Below are positions 49,286 to 60,711 of a stretch of 64,000 bases of DNA, piece after piece. Where the stretch lies: positions 186,001 through 250,000 of the forward strand of contig NW_020846475.1 in assembly GCF_003704095.1 (NCBI RefSeq). Reading direction: 5' to 3'. Under the pieces are notes generated by a model. It was not told the DNA's origin. It did not search any database and worked only from the letters and a program-made list of their open reading frames with translations. The stretch's first letter is position 1. The number at the start of each line of letters is the position of its first letter. A program made the translations under genes and the position numbers. Source of the DNA: Pocillopora damicornis. Lineage: Eukaryota.

Positions 49286-50019
49286 TTTACCTACCACAAA
49301 ACAAATAGAGATCTACATGGCTGTGAAAATGAGAAAAAATAGTGGTTTTCTATGCGGAGCTCCAGCGTGCAAAGATCACCAGCGGAGCCCTACATTCAAG
49401 ATACTACAGTGTACTTGATGAAGCCTAAAAAATTGAATCACGCGCGATGACTGAAGGTTTATGTTTAGAAGAGAATTTTCATAGTCGATAAGCTGCATTG
49501 TGGAAATTTCAGATCAAATAAAAAGATGTAGTATTAGACAACTGTAACTCCGCTTTCCAGCCTTGCTAAATCAATGCTGCGAGAGGACAGCACGCAAAGT
49601 TGTTTTCACTGCTCATGAGGACGCCTGTGTTACCTTCAAATATTCGAGACACTTTTTCTCTAATGAACAATGATCCCAACTTTGTGAAATATATTTATAT
49701 TTTTTCTTTTATTCGATTTCTCGGTTGGTAAAGATATGGTTAAAATCTATTATCCTTCAAGATTGTCAACAAAATATATCATTTGTTTCCAGTCTTTTTC
49801 GCTTTCAATTGCAATTTAAGAAAAGAAAAATAGCACACCCCGCAAATTTCAGAGGTTTAAATAATGAATTTTACTTCTGCTCAAAAGGCAATTAGTGGAA
49901 AAAATGTGTTCGAACTCAAATAACCTCTTCCCAATTTACATTGACACCACAACAACTGATTATACAATTGGTTGCCAATATTTCCATCAGTTGTAAACCT
50001 GGTGTATGAGAAATCAGCT

Positions 50020-50479
50020 ACATTTGCTTGAGTTCACAAAGCCACTTGATCAGATATGTTCAGATATCATACAATTTTATCAAAACAATAGTTATTTGCA
50101 GTAGCAACACCGCCATTTGGATTAAGTCTCAATTAGGAAGTTCCACCCCACGACAGAAAAACAGAGAAGAACAAAATGTGCATTTATGTGGGCTGTTTGG
50201 AAGGAAAGTGGACTTAGATATTTAAGCATTGCTTTCGTTCTTAATTCGTGCAATGCATCTATAAATCCAGTTGTGTATGTACTGAGAATTCCGGAGCTTC
50301 GAAACGCACTTGCTCTGTGCTGTGTCAGAGAGGTAGCTGAGATGCACACGAAGAACGTTCGGGTAAAGAGTAACAGAACAGCCAATTTGACACTGGAGAT
50401 ACAGTTAACAACAAATTACTCTCCTGCTAACCATTATCAACAAAATGTTCATTAGAACGATATGGATACTAAGCTGTAG
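50020..50479 (+). pseudogene. GPCR relic (TM5-ICL3 and TM7-tail; 5' half and TM6 deleted)
   Basis: ICSSNTAIWIK..QKNREEQNV, then LNSCNASINPVVYVLRIPELR, and terminal atggatactaagctgtag (MDTKL*). Confidence 0.85.
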
Positions 50480-51039
50480 AAATAGAAAGTGATGAATGGG
50501 AAATGGGGAAGGGGAACGAGGGATGGAAAAAACCGAAACGTTATCATTACAGCTCGAGCGCATACACGAAACCAGAGGGGCCCCATTCCCAAGTAGAAGT
50601 TGTAATTATGAAGCTAAGACAATTTGTTTTTCACGTGATAGCCGAGAGTCCGCATGCAAATTGGCGTTTCAAATACACGACATACTGCATTGTGGGAGAT
50701 TCGAAATAAAATGAGGAAACTAACAACTTAACTGATAATGAATTTCGCTTTAAGTTCATTAAATGTATTTATCATTACGAAAAGTTTATCAAGTTTGAAC
50801 AATGAGAGAAATAACGCAGGGCATCAGTGGTTGATATCACAGATAATAGAAAAAGATTCTTGAAAGGCCAAAAGCAAAAATCAGAAAACAGCCTGAATGA
50901 GAGGATGATAAGTCCACTCCCAAAGTAGTCCTACCTGCATGAAAACAACAAATCGTCATTATCAGTTACATTAGGGTTTTCTTAAAGCTCTTTTTAGTCT
51001 ATTTCAAGGCACATTTGTTTCCAACTAGCATGGTAGTAT

Positions 51040-51107
51040 GGTGATGATGACGATGATACTGGTGGTTGTAGCGGTATTGATGATGATGATGATGATGATG
51101 ATGATGA
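51040..51107. repeat. (GAT)n microsatellite
   Basis: gatgatgat run. Confidence 0.9.
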
Positions 51108-52654
51108 CACATAGATGTAGATCGTATCATAGCATCTTACAAACAAAGTAATTCTTTTATTCTTAAGTCACTGGTTATAATCATGGATTGAAATTACACT
51201 AGTTCAGTTGCCATTTTTAGGAGTAAGCTTTAATTTGACTTGCAGAGAAGCAATGTCGGATGAAATGTGTTGCATTTACTGAAAAAATTCCTTTATTGCT
51301 AAATTTCAAATTAAAAGTGATACAGAATAACGAAAAGAAAAAAACTCAAACTCTCTCAATGCTTGGTCCGCAGAGTTAGCAAGTCTAGTATAAGTCGGCT
51401 CCAAGTTCAACATTTTGTCATTTTATGTATCTTTTGGTGAAACTCTGCTTTTATTTATGTTTTTTCTCCACCTTGGAAAAGCTCTGGTTAATTATTTACC
51501 CTATGCAGGATAAAAAAGAAGAATATGAATTGTCTACAGCTTGTGATTTTTTTTCACTGACCCCCTAAATTGTAGTTTAGTAAGGAAAATTATTGGAAGA
51601 GTCGGCAAACCCGCTAAGGATGTCAATAACAGAATCTTTTGTTCTTTATAAACTCGATGTTATTTTTTGAAATAATTGGTTGAAAAAATACTTCTCTGAA
51701 AATTGTACCGATTTCTCTCTGCATGGACAGAACAGTTGATTTACCCGCAATCGACTGAATGCCTGGGTAATCAAGCTGACCTTGTTGGGTGAACCGAGAT
51801 TCGATTGCTCATGCAAACATACCATTGATCCCGAAATATATCACCACAGCTTTAGAGTCTGGTAGCGATTGTTAATCTTGTTTAAGGTAGAGACTGAAAG
51901 TTCCAATCGCTCAGTTAAAAATTGGCAACAATGCAAACATCTGCTGCAAAAAAGATCAAGACCCTTTTTTATCCACCAGCGCTTTCAATTTGCAGAAAGA
52001 AACCAAAAGTGCACAATTAAGTCCAACTGTTGCAGATATTGATAGAATCGTCCGCTGCTTCCACGCACGTTCAAGCAATTTGTGCAATCAATCAAGCGGG
52101 GATTTCTAACTGAAAAGTTCTGTATGCTTCATTACAAAGGGAGAAAAATCCGAACACGTTTTAAATGCCTCAGTAAAGAAACGAAAAAAAAAAGTATTTC
52201 TTTTGCAAAGCTGTCGGTCAAAAATCTGAACAAAAGCATCGAATAAAGTTTTGGTTTTCAATCCTCTTTTCTTCTGCTTTCTCGTCAGGAAAATTTATTA
52301 TCAGAATCTACAGCAGAAGAGGAATACCATTTTTTATCTTCATTGTTCAGCACTTTCAATTTCTCTCTATTTATAAAAGAAAAATGGCACAGCCGGTAAA
52401 TCCTAAAGGTGCGGACAAAGAAATATCTTTCTATCATGAAAAGTAATTTGTTAAATTATTTGTTTGCATCTAGAATAGCCCTTTGAGGGGTAAAGCTGGT
52501 GTTAATTTCATTCATTCTTCCTAACAGTGGATATGCACCGCTGTTAGGCAGGTTGGTCACTACTCTCAGATATGACTTAATAGCGCAAACTCAAAAAGCT
52601 TTCCTATGAAGCGTGGTAGACTTAATCTTCAAAGAAGATAACCTTTTGCGCGAG

Positions 52655-53677
52655 ATGGCACCGATGAATAACACATCTTCAGCAAATGTTAGCATAGATG
52701 TAAAACCTGGTTTCTCCTTAAGCGCTCTTTCGAGGCCAGAAGGTATTGCATGGTGCACTGTTTCCTCCTTGCTTTCTTTATTTATTACTGTTGGAAACCT
52801 CCTCACAATTATCCTCTTCACGGCTAACAAAAGAGTTCGTAAAAGAGTCTTTACCTTGTGATCAATATGGCTTTGGCTGATCTGCTGTTAGGGGCTTTTG
52901 CTCTTCCCCTTTACATCGATGTCTCAATTAACAATGGTTATCAGTTTTCGCTGAAGATTGTGAATTCGACTTTGGCTCGTGTCTATGGGCTCTCATACGG
53001 AATTTCACGCTGGGTTTCATTGACATCTGCAGTTTCCATATCATGTGAGAGGTTTTACGCCGTATATTGGCCATTCAAACACAGAACACTAACCGCGCGA
53101 ACATACCACGTTGCCTTGTTTGTTTTATGACACTTTATCTTCTGAAAGCCACTGCCCCTTTTTATTTACGATCATACAACTATTTCATCAGTCATGCTCG
53201 TTCATCATACGGTGTCACTGCAGGAAGTATTACTTGCGGAAGCAACATCGCCATTTGGAGAAAGTTCCGCCACGGAAACGTCACTTCACAACAGAAAAAA
53301 AGGGACGAGAAAAACGTTCGTTTGACGAAGACTTTAATGTTTTCTTCTATTCTTAATTCGTTCTGCTGGGTCCCTTTGAATATTGTGCTCGGTGCCCCGA
53401 ATGAGGGTGTTTCAGTACCGATGAGATGAGTCGTTATTGCTATGGTTCTCAATTGTTGTAATGCTTTTATAAATCCAGTTATGTATGCATTGAGAATTCC
53501 AGAGTTTCGACAAGCACTAGCTCTCAGCTGTGTCACAAAGCGAGTTGGAATGAAACCGGGAATAATTACAATCAAAGGAAACAACGAAGAGGAGAGACAA
53601 AACTAAGAGCTTGTCACAATGAGTCTGATGAAGTGGCATTAAGGTTTGATAACGATGAAATGGAAACCAAACTGTAG
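52655..53677 (+). pseudogene. GPCR pseudogene, paralog of member 6
   Basis: -1 frameshift at about 52841-52848, a second lesion at about 53128 and TGA at 53427-53429; ends EMETKL*. Confidence 0.88.
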
Positions 53678-54303
53678 CCAACCTAGGTATGTAACTAATA
53701 CAAATTTCGCCATCTGTAAAATTTGAAAAACAACACAACAACAACAATAATAATGTCTCTAGCGGAGTTATAGCACGTAAAGCGCACTAGCAGAGCCCCA
53801 TATCACACGTGTTTCTGTAGCTCGTGCAACCTACAAAATTTAGATAGCGCGTGGATGGCATGTAAATGGCATGTCATCAAATTGAGGCGATCAGTGTTCT
53901 TAATCTTGCATCAATAACTTAATAGAGTCTGACATTATGGTTTGTTGATCTTTAAAAAAAAGTTTTTATTTGCTATCACCGTAAAATCGTTTCCATTCAT
54001 AATCTTTCTCACTATCCTCGTCGATCAACTCGTTTTATTTTGTTTTGTTTTCCTATCTTACGAAACAGATGTTTTGTTTTTTCTTTTGATGGAGGTACAT
54101 GTAGTTTTGCATGACGTACAAAACGATTCAAAATTTAAACCAGTCTTTCAGTTCTCTTCCATTCTGATTTCTCAAATAAATAATTTGCTTATTGAATACA
54201 CTCAGCAGTATACTCAGCGCACAAATGTATGTTTCCTATAAGAAGCAGGGACATGCTCAGATGTATACTTTATTCAGCAGTCAAAGCCGTAAACTTTCCA
54301 TTT

Positions 54304-57300
54304 TTATCTGGTGAATTGTCTCGAATCGCCGGTCTTTCTTTTAAATATCTTGGCTTTCTGTTGTAACTTCGAGCTTTTATATCCCGTACCATACCCTCCT
54401 CCGCCACCACGTCTCTGAATTCTCTCTCCTTTACTGCTGTGGACATCTGGTGGAGTTTGTTAAGGCTGAATATACAAAGCGTCGTAAACACCGGCGTTTA
54501 AGCTGCCCCGCTTTCCCCTAAATTCGGGGTGTGCCTCATTTACGAGTGCAAAGTACTAAGTTAAAATCAGATGCCGAGGAAGTAAAAGTTAACATGGATT
54601 GTGAATAGAATCAGAGAGATGAAATATTTGTTAGCTCGGTGATGCAATCGAGGAAGATGGATTTTCGTCTTATCACTAGTATGGGACAAAGAAAAAGTCC
54701 AAAGTCTCAGTAAGGAACTTTTTCTTGGCCTAGAACACTAACTTCACCTGAATTAAACAATAAAGGCCTTGAGGGATATGTTAAGGAGAGTTTTGATGGT
54801 GATAAAAGGATACTTAGATTCACTCGCGGAGGGACCACAAAGCCAAAGGCAGGAGCTACTCTTTGAAGGTCGAGAGCGTTCACGTTAAAGATACTCTTGT
54901 GTTGATGCGAGGCGTACGCCTGTAAATACGATCTGTAGGCTTCTCGAGCCGATTTATGGAGGTAGTAGTTCTTTTCTATCAGTTTTTCCAACTGTGAGAA
55001 AAATAACTTTCATAAATGGTTGGAAAAACAAAAAAGCAATGAAAAAGAGTCGGTCTCACGATAAAGTAAAATCGTTTGTTTGTAGGGCCCTCTAACGAAT
55101 GATATAAACCCCGACGTTCGAATTGCATTTTGCTAATTTTCGTCAGGTCTTGACGTCGACTTACATGTATGAATAGAAAACTTGCTTATGAGAGTAGCAA
55201 ACCTTACTCCCGCTTTTTCTAATTTAAAGGCTTATGTTTACGTGTAACCTAGCAATGATTTTCAACAACAACAAAGCATACTTGATCCTCGTGTAAAAGT
55301 AGCAATGCTACTGGTATTCAAAAGGTAATGGGCATCTAATTCGAACCATGATTACTGCGCGTAAATAAATAAAAATAAAATACTTTACCTGGGATTGAAT
55401 GTTGTATATTTTAGATGCTGAAAAGTCATATTCATTGAGAGGAACCTTGAACAGAAAAACAAAAATCAACCTAACTCTTTTATGTTTAAAATAACCAAAT
55501 AGTCAGTGTCCCGTTAACAACGTGTAAGTTGCAGTATCTCCACCGTAATTAAACTGTAAACGAAAAACTGCCACTTCTTACTGAATACTCACTAAGCTAG
55601 TTATTTTATCTATTTATCTCATTTTAAAGTTAAGCCATTGTTTAGCAAAACAGTTTTCTAAACCATCTAATATTTAGTTCCAAATTATACCTGAACAAGC
55701 ACATCTATCAACAGTGCAAACGTTGAGTTTGTGAACAGTGTCGAGAAACCCTGTAGCAGACACTGGAATAAAATTTAATTTCTTAAAAAACTCACAGTAT
55801 GTCGATTTACTGCCTTTAGTCGAAGCCAAAGTTAGACTTCGTTTGAATGACCGACCAACCCTTATTTTGCAAATATCAAACGGAACACCAACGAACATGT
55901 GCCTCTCGTTTAAAATCTAACTGACCTTGGCCTGCTTGAGATATCGTAGAAATGCAAGCTCCTCAGGTAATAAGAGAAGTAAGGCATGACCACGCCCCTG
56001 ATTTCCACGAGCTGTTCTTCCCACTCTGTGAATGTACTCCTAGCAGACAAAAACACACCAGCTCATAGAAAGATACTGTAAAGTGCAATTACGTGCGAAA
56101 TAGTGCAAACAATCTTCAGTCAAGGGAACTCTACTTCTTTCCATCAATCCCTATAATGTACGAGAACATTGCAAAAATAAAAACCGCTTTAACCCTTTAT
56201 CGGGACTACAATAGTACATTACCTTAGGGTCATCTGGGGGGTCAAACTGAACAATCCAGTCCACTTCCGGTATATCCAGGCCCCGAGCTGCCACATCAGT
56301 ACACAGCAAAGTTCCAGATGTAGCATTGCAAAACTCAAAAAACGTTGTGGTACGTTTTTGTTGCTTTTGCTTTCCCTTCAAGGTATAAGAATTTGATATA
56401 TTCGTCAGAGCGAATGCACGGAACGTCAGCTTTAGAAATTTTCACGATGGTCAATTTTCGTTATTAACATGGTTGATGAAACTAAATTATCTTGAAACAC
56501 CCCCACCAACACTGCACCACAGTTTCTTTCAAAGTAACCCCCCTCCCCCCCTAAAAGAAATAGTGTTTGATTAGTATCACAATCATTCAGATGATTATCA
56601 AGAGGAATACGTTTTCAAGTCCTGGGGGGGGGGGGGGGGGGGGCGTCGTTTTAACGGGGGTTACACTGTACTCACATGGATATGAGCCACTGGCAGATCA
56701 ATGTAGTTCAGCAGTTCATAGTGGTACTTGACAGAGTTGCAGGATGAAAAAAACACCATAACTTTCTTATTTCTGTTCTTCTTGAGGAAAGTGAACAACA
56801 CCAGGAAACGCTTCTCTGAAGGAACCACAATGTATCCCTGCATTGTAAAAAAGACAGCTTGTTACAACAGGACTTTAGTTAAGATTTGAGTTCAGAACAC
56901 AATTGAAACAAACTTGGGCATAACAAAACAGTATCAAATACATGACCTCTCTACCTGTTCAAGGCCCTCAACAGTTGAAGTCTCCCTGTGATCATCAACG
57001 CCCACATAGAGGGGAGACTTCTTCAGAGAAACACGGGCAAGATCCTCCACATTTCTGGTCTGAGTGGCTGAAAACAAAACAGTCTGCCTGCGAACTAGAA
57101 ATCAACCCGCTATCAAATAAATCTGTATACCATCCTCCTCTTGTCATATCTACTGAACATGGTTCACTGTATATACTCCATGTGCCAAGGAACTATCTTT
57201 AACCAGACCACAATTTAAATCTACAAATGTTCTACCACAAGAGTTGATTAAGGTTTTGTCTTCATCAGCTGTCAGGCAAAAGAAATCAAGAGCAAATAAT

Positions 57301-60300
57301 CTAATTTTTAAATGTCAAATATGCTAATCCATTGAAAACCATTGAATCTTACCCGGTAAAAGTCGGACAATTTGTTTCATTTCTTCTTCAAAGCCAATTT
57401 CCAGGATTCTGTCAGCTTCATCTATGATCAGACACTGGAGATTCTTGAAAATAAAACCTTGCGTATTCTGAGAAATAGACCAAGGGGAATTAAATCAGTA
57501 AGAGCTTCATATAGGTAAATATTTAAACTTGTAGAAGAGAGTTTACCAGTAAATCCACAGGGCAGTAGGCTTGTCCACATCTCCAACTATTTTTAATAAA
57601 ATTCTTAAAACTGCAATGATTGCTGATAATACTGACCCAGATTTAATTCCCATCGAAATGTTTATGTGTTTTTATGTGTTTTCATAGACAGACTAACAGC
57701 AACCATGAACAGATATTGCACAACCTAACTGTGGGTGGAGATAGGCACTTATCAGGCAAAGGTCTTTCCAAAGATCACAAAATTGTACTGTGTTCCTTGA
57801 AACCAAATCCTGTGATCAGGGGTTGAACATTGAAAATCATGAACCTGAGAGGCAGAGATGCATCTTTGTAATGGGCAATCATCACAAAAATAAAGCTGAG
57901 TATCAATTATAAAACTCACTTGTAAGTGATCCAGAAGCCTTCCAGGGGTTGCTATGAGTAAATTGACACCCTTCTGTAGGCGATCTGCTTCACCCTTGCG
58001 ATTGGCTCCACCCATAACAATCCCAAATGTGTGATTGTGGTATTTGAGCAAGTCCCAGGCCACACCATAGGTCTGAAGAGACAGCTCTCTTGTTGGTGAG
58101 ATTATTATCACTCCAGTACCTAAATGCCAAAAGAGACAAATATTAAAGTAAAAAAAAATTCAGACATATTGGTCTGATGATTCTTATGTCTGAACCTTAC
58201 ATTACTTTTCATAGCTTAAAAAGTCTTAAAGAGTATAAGCATTTCTTTTGACTAGAGCACTATTCCCCCAGAAATTGCTCGATTTTCCTTGAAACTTTGT
58301 TGGGACCCATTCATTGTTATACTCCTTGGTGAAAAAAGGCTTTCTAAGAGTAAATTTACTCACCAAAGAACAAAACTCAACCCCACCAAGTCCCAGACCT
58401 CTTGTTCATGGTCTATGGAACTAACTGCTGAGCCACCATCCCACCCACAATTCATTGCAGAACTTAAAAAGTACAAAGAAGTTGACTGCATGAAAATAAT
58501 GAAGACCAAGGCACTTATTGTAACAAACATGAACACGTAGATGCTTACCATTTCTTGGCTTAAAGCTCAGCTTGTATAACAGTTCCACTGCTGGGATGAG
58601 AAATGCCAGAGTTTTTCCACTGCCAGTTCTAGCAGCTCCTAGTAAATCCCTAACACAAGAAACTTGGCATTAAAATCTTGCAGAGCACGATGTTAGTGGA
58701 TAGAATTCATGAACTGCGAATGACCCTCCAGAATATCTTTGACTTTCTTCTAGAAATTATCTTAAATCCAAGTAAAATTAAAACACAAGGGTACATAGAC
58801 AAATAGCTAACAACTCAAACTGGAGCTGGTAAATATTTGATTCCTAGCATAATTTCCCTTACAGAAAAACAATGCACAACCATTACACAGGAATTTCTCT
58901 GTTTGTTCGAATATTTAATTCACCCTTCTATAAGAGGTATTTATGCCTTACCTTTTTCTAAATTCAATAAAAATCACTTCACTGGTTTTCCATACCCAAA
59001 TAGAATGGATGTGACCCATTAAAGACTTTTAGATTACCCAACCTTCAACATGTATATATGCATGTACATGTGCATGTATCACAGAAATTATGTGAACATA
59101 AGTGCTCACTGCAAAGACTTCATATCATAGAATGCATGTAGACCATAAGTAAATAAGAGTAGCTTCTACGACTATGAATATATGAAAAACATGTAGCTTC
59201 TATTCACAAGAATTTATCAATTATTATGAGTGATAATTCATCTGCTCTTTCATATCAGCATCTCAAAAACTAAACTCGCACCTTGAACCTCAATCATTTC
59301 CTGAATCTGAAATAATCCCTGAAATACATGCACTGGTCTAAAAGTATCAACTATACACCAAACATTGGAATCATACTGTACCTTCCCTTAAGCAGTGGTA
59401 CAATACTTTTGTGCTGGATTTCCATCATGTTTGTGAAGCCCATGTCAGTAATTGCATTAAGTGTCTTCTCACTCACAAATTCTTTCAGGGACTGAAACTC
59501 TGTACTATCTGGAACTGAAACATCTGAAGAAGACAAAAGTACAGCTATCCATTTGTGTTCTATGGTTCTGTTCAGTACTAGATCACAGAAAATGTAAAAA
59601 TGTGGCTGCACCTTGTGTGCCACTTTTTTTACCTTACAGACCCTTGGTAACATGGAAACTATTTGTTTCATAATATGATAACAAAGCAAAATACAGTTAA
59701 TAAGGACATTATCTTCCAATGGATGCATCTGTCCTCTATTAAATCATGAGTAAGAACAAATTAAAATGCAAGTTTAATTCTGCATATCATACATGGAACT
59801 GATTGACCGTGACCTTCAGATGCTCTTGGTACAAGTAGAGTTCACACTTGAGCCACTGTTCTACTGTAACATGTGCTGTGTTCAATTGAGTATAGTAAAC
59901 ATTATAATTTACCTTCTGGTAAGCTGACGCTTTCATATGAATTTTTCTTCTTCTTCGCTACAGGAGCCTCCAAGCCATCATCATTTGGCAGTACAGTATC
60001 AGTATCTAAATTTCAAACCACAAAACTTAAGCTATTAGCAAGTGCATCAACAACGTTGAATACAAAAGCTAAAAACCAGTTGCATAAATAAAAAGCGCAT
60101 TTACTAACTTCATCAGATGGACAAGAAGAAATCTAGGGCAAAAAACTAAAATTGCCCCCGATTCAAAGTTGTTCATCGAAGTTTCGTTTTTACTTGGTAC
60201 TGCTTAGCTAACAACATTGCAAAGGGGGGAAGTGTGGGGATACATCACATGGTGAACAATTACCTCTTGTCGTAACTACATGTCTCAACTACTTTTAAAT

Positions 60301-60711
60301 GCATAGAGCGATGAATCAGTCAAATGAGCATTACTTTACAAGAACGTGCACCAAACATGTAGTTTCACTGGTGAATGGCACACGGCGTCCTAAATATAAC
60401 TACTGAGAGTTACCTTGGGGAATCGATTCTTCCTCTGAGACACTGCAGCCTTGCGTCTTCGATTCTCCCTCAGATACATTGAATGCTCGAATTTCCTTTT
60501 TTCCTTTCACCTTTTTAGCCCTTGCAACTGTAAATCACCATAAAATATCAACTATAATTATATAGACTCGGACAAAACACGACAGGAACTGCATTTCAAA
60601 CACATGTGGTTTACCGGCTTATTGAGTCTTACCTTTTTCGATCGCTGAATCACTGGGACGCATCTTTCGTTTGAGCACTTTCCTTTTCTTCTGTTTTATA
60701 TGCCTATCCAT
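54304..60711 (-). CDS. DDX18: ATP-dependent DEAD-box RNA helicase DDX18 (Has1 ortholog), about 14 exons
   Basis: Exons at about 60633-60711, 60414-60528, 59913-60005, 59382-59523, 58549-58649 (ARTGSGKT), 57920-58119 ([19 protein letters not shown]), 57353-57467 (DEADR), 56955-57094 (SATQ), 56675-56837, 56223-56375 ([16 protein letters not shown]), 55926-56039 ([10 protein letters not shown]), 55389-55445, 54814-54991 and 54304-54446 ([14 protein letters not shown]). Confidence 0.95.
54447..54813 (-). other. U12-type (minor spliceosome) GT-AG intron, last intron of DDX18
   Basis: 5' site GTATCCTTTT; branch site CCTTAAC at 54459-54465, about 12 nt from the intron end; no polypyrimidine tract. 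Confidence 0.85.
56400..56540. mobile_element. Decayed hammerhead/Penelope-associated repeat in a DDX18 intron
   Basis: ttcgtcagagcga..ggaacgtcagctttagaaa..acgatggtcaatttt..cacagtttcttt; same family as 23452-23535. Confidence 0.5.
57811..57886 (-). ncRNA. Candidate intronic box C/D snoRNA in DDX18
   Basis: GTGATGA (box C) and CTGA (box D) about 60 nt apart, complementary ends tgtgat/atcaca, same strand as the host gene; no target identified. Confidence 0.3.

Noticed and set aside
59770-59890. H/ACA-like hairpins in a DDX18 intron
   Set aside because: No correctly placed ACA box after the second hairpin
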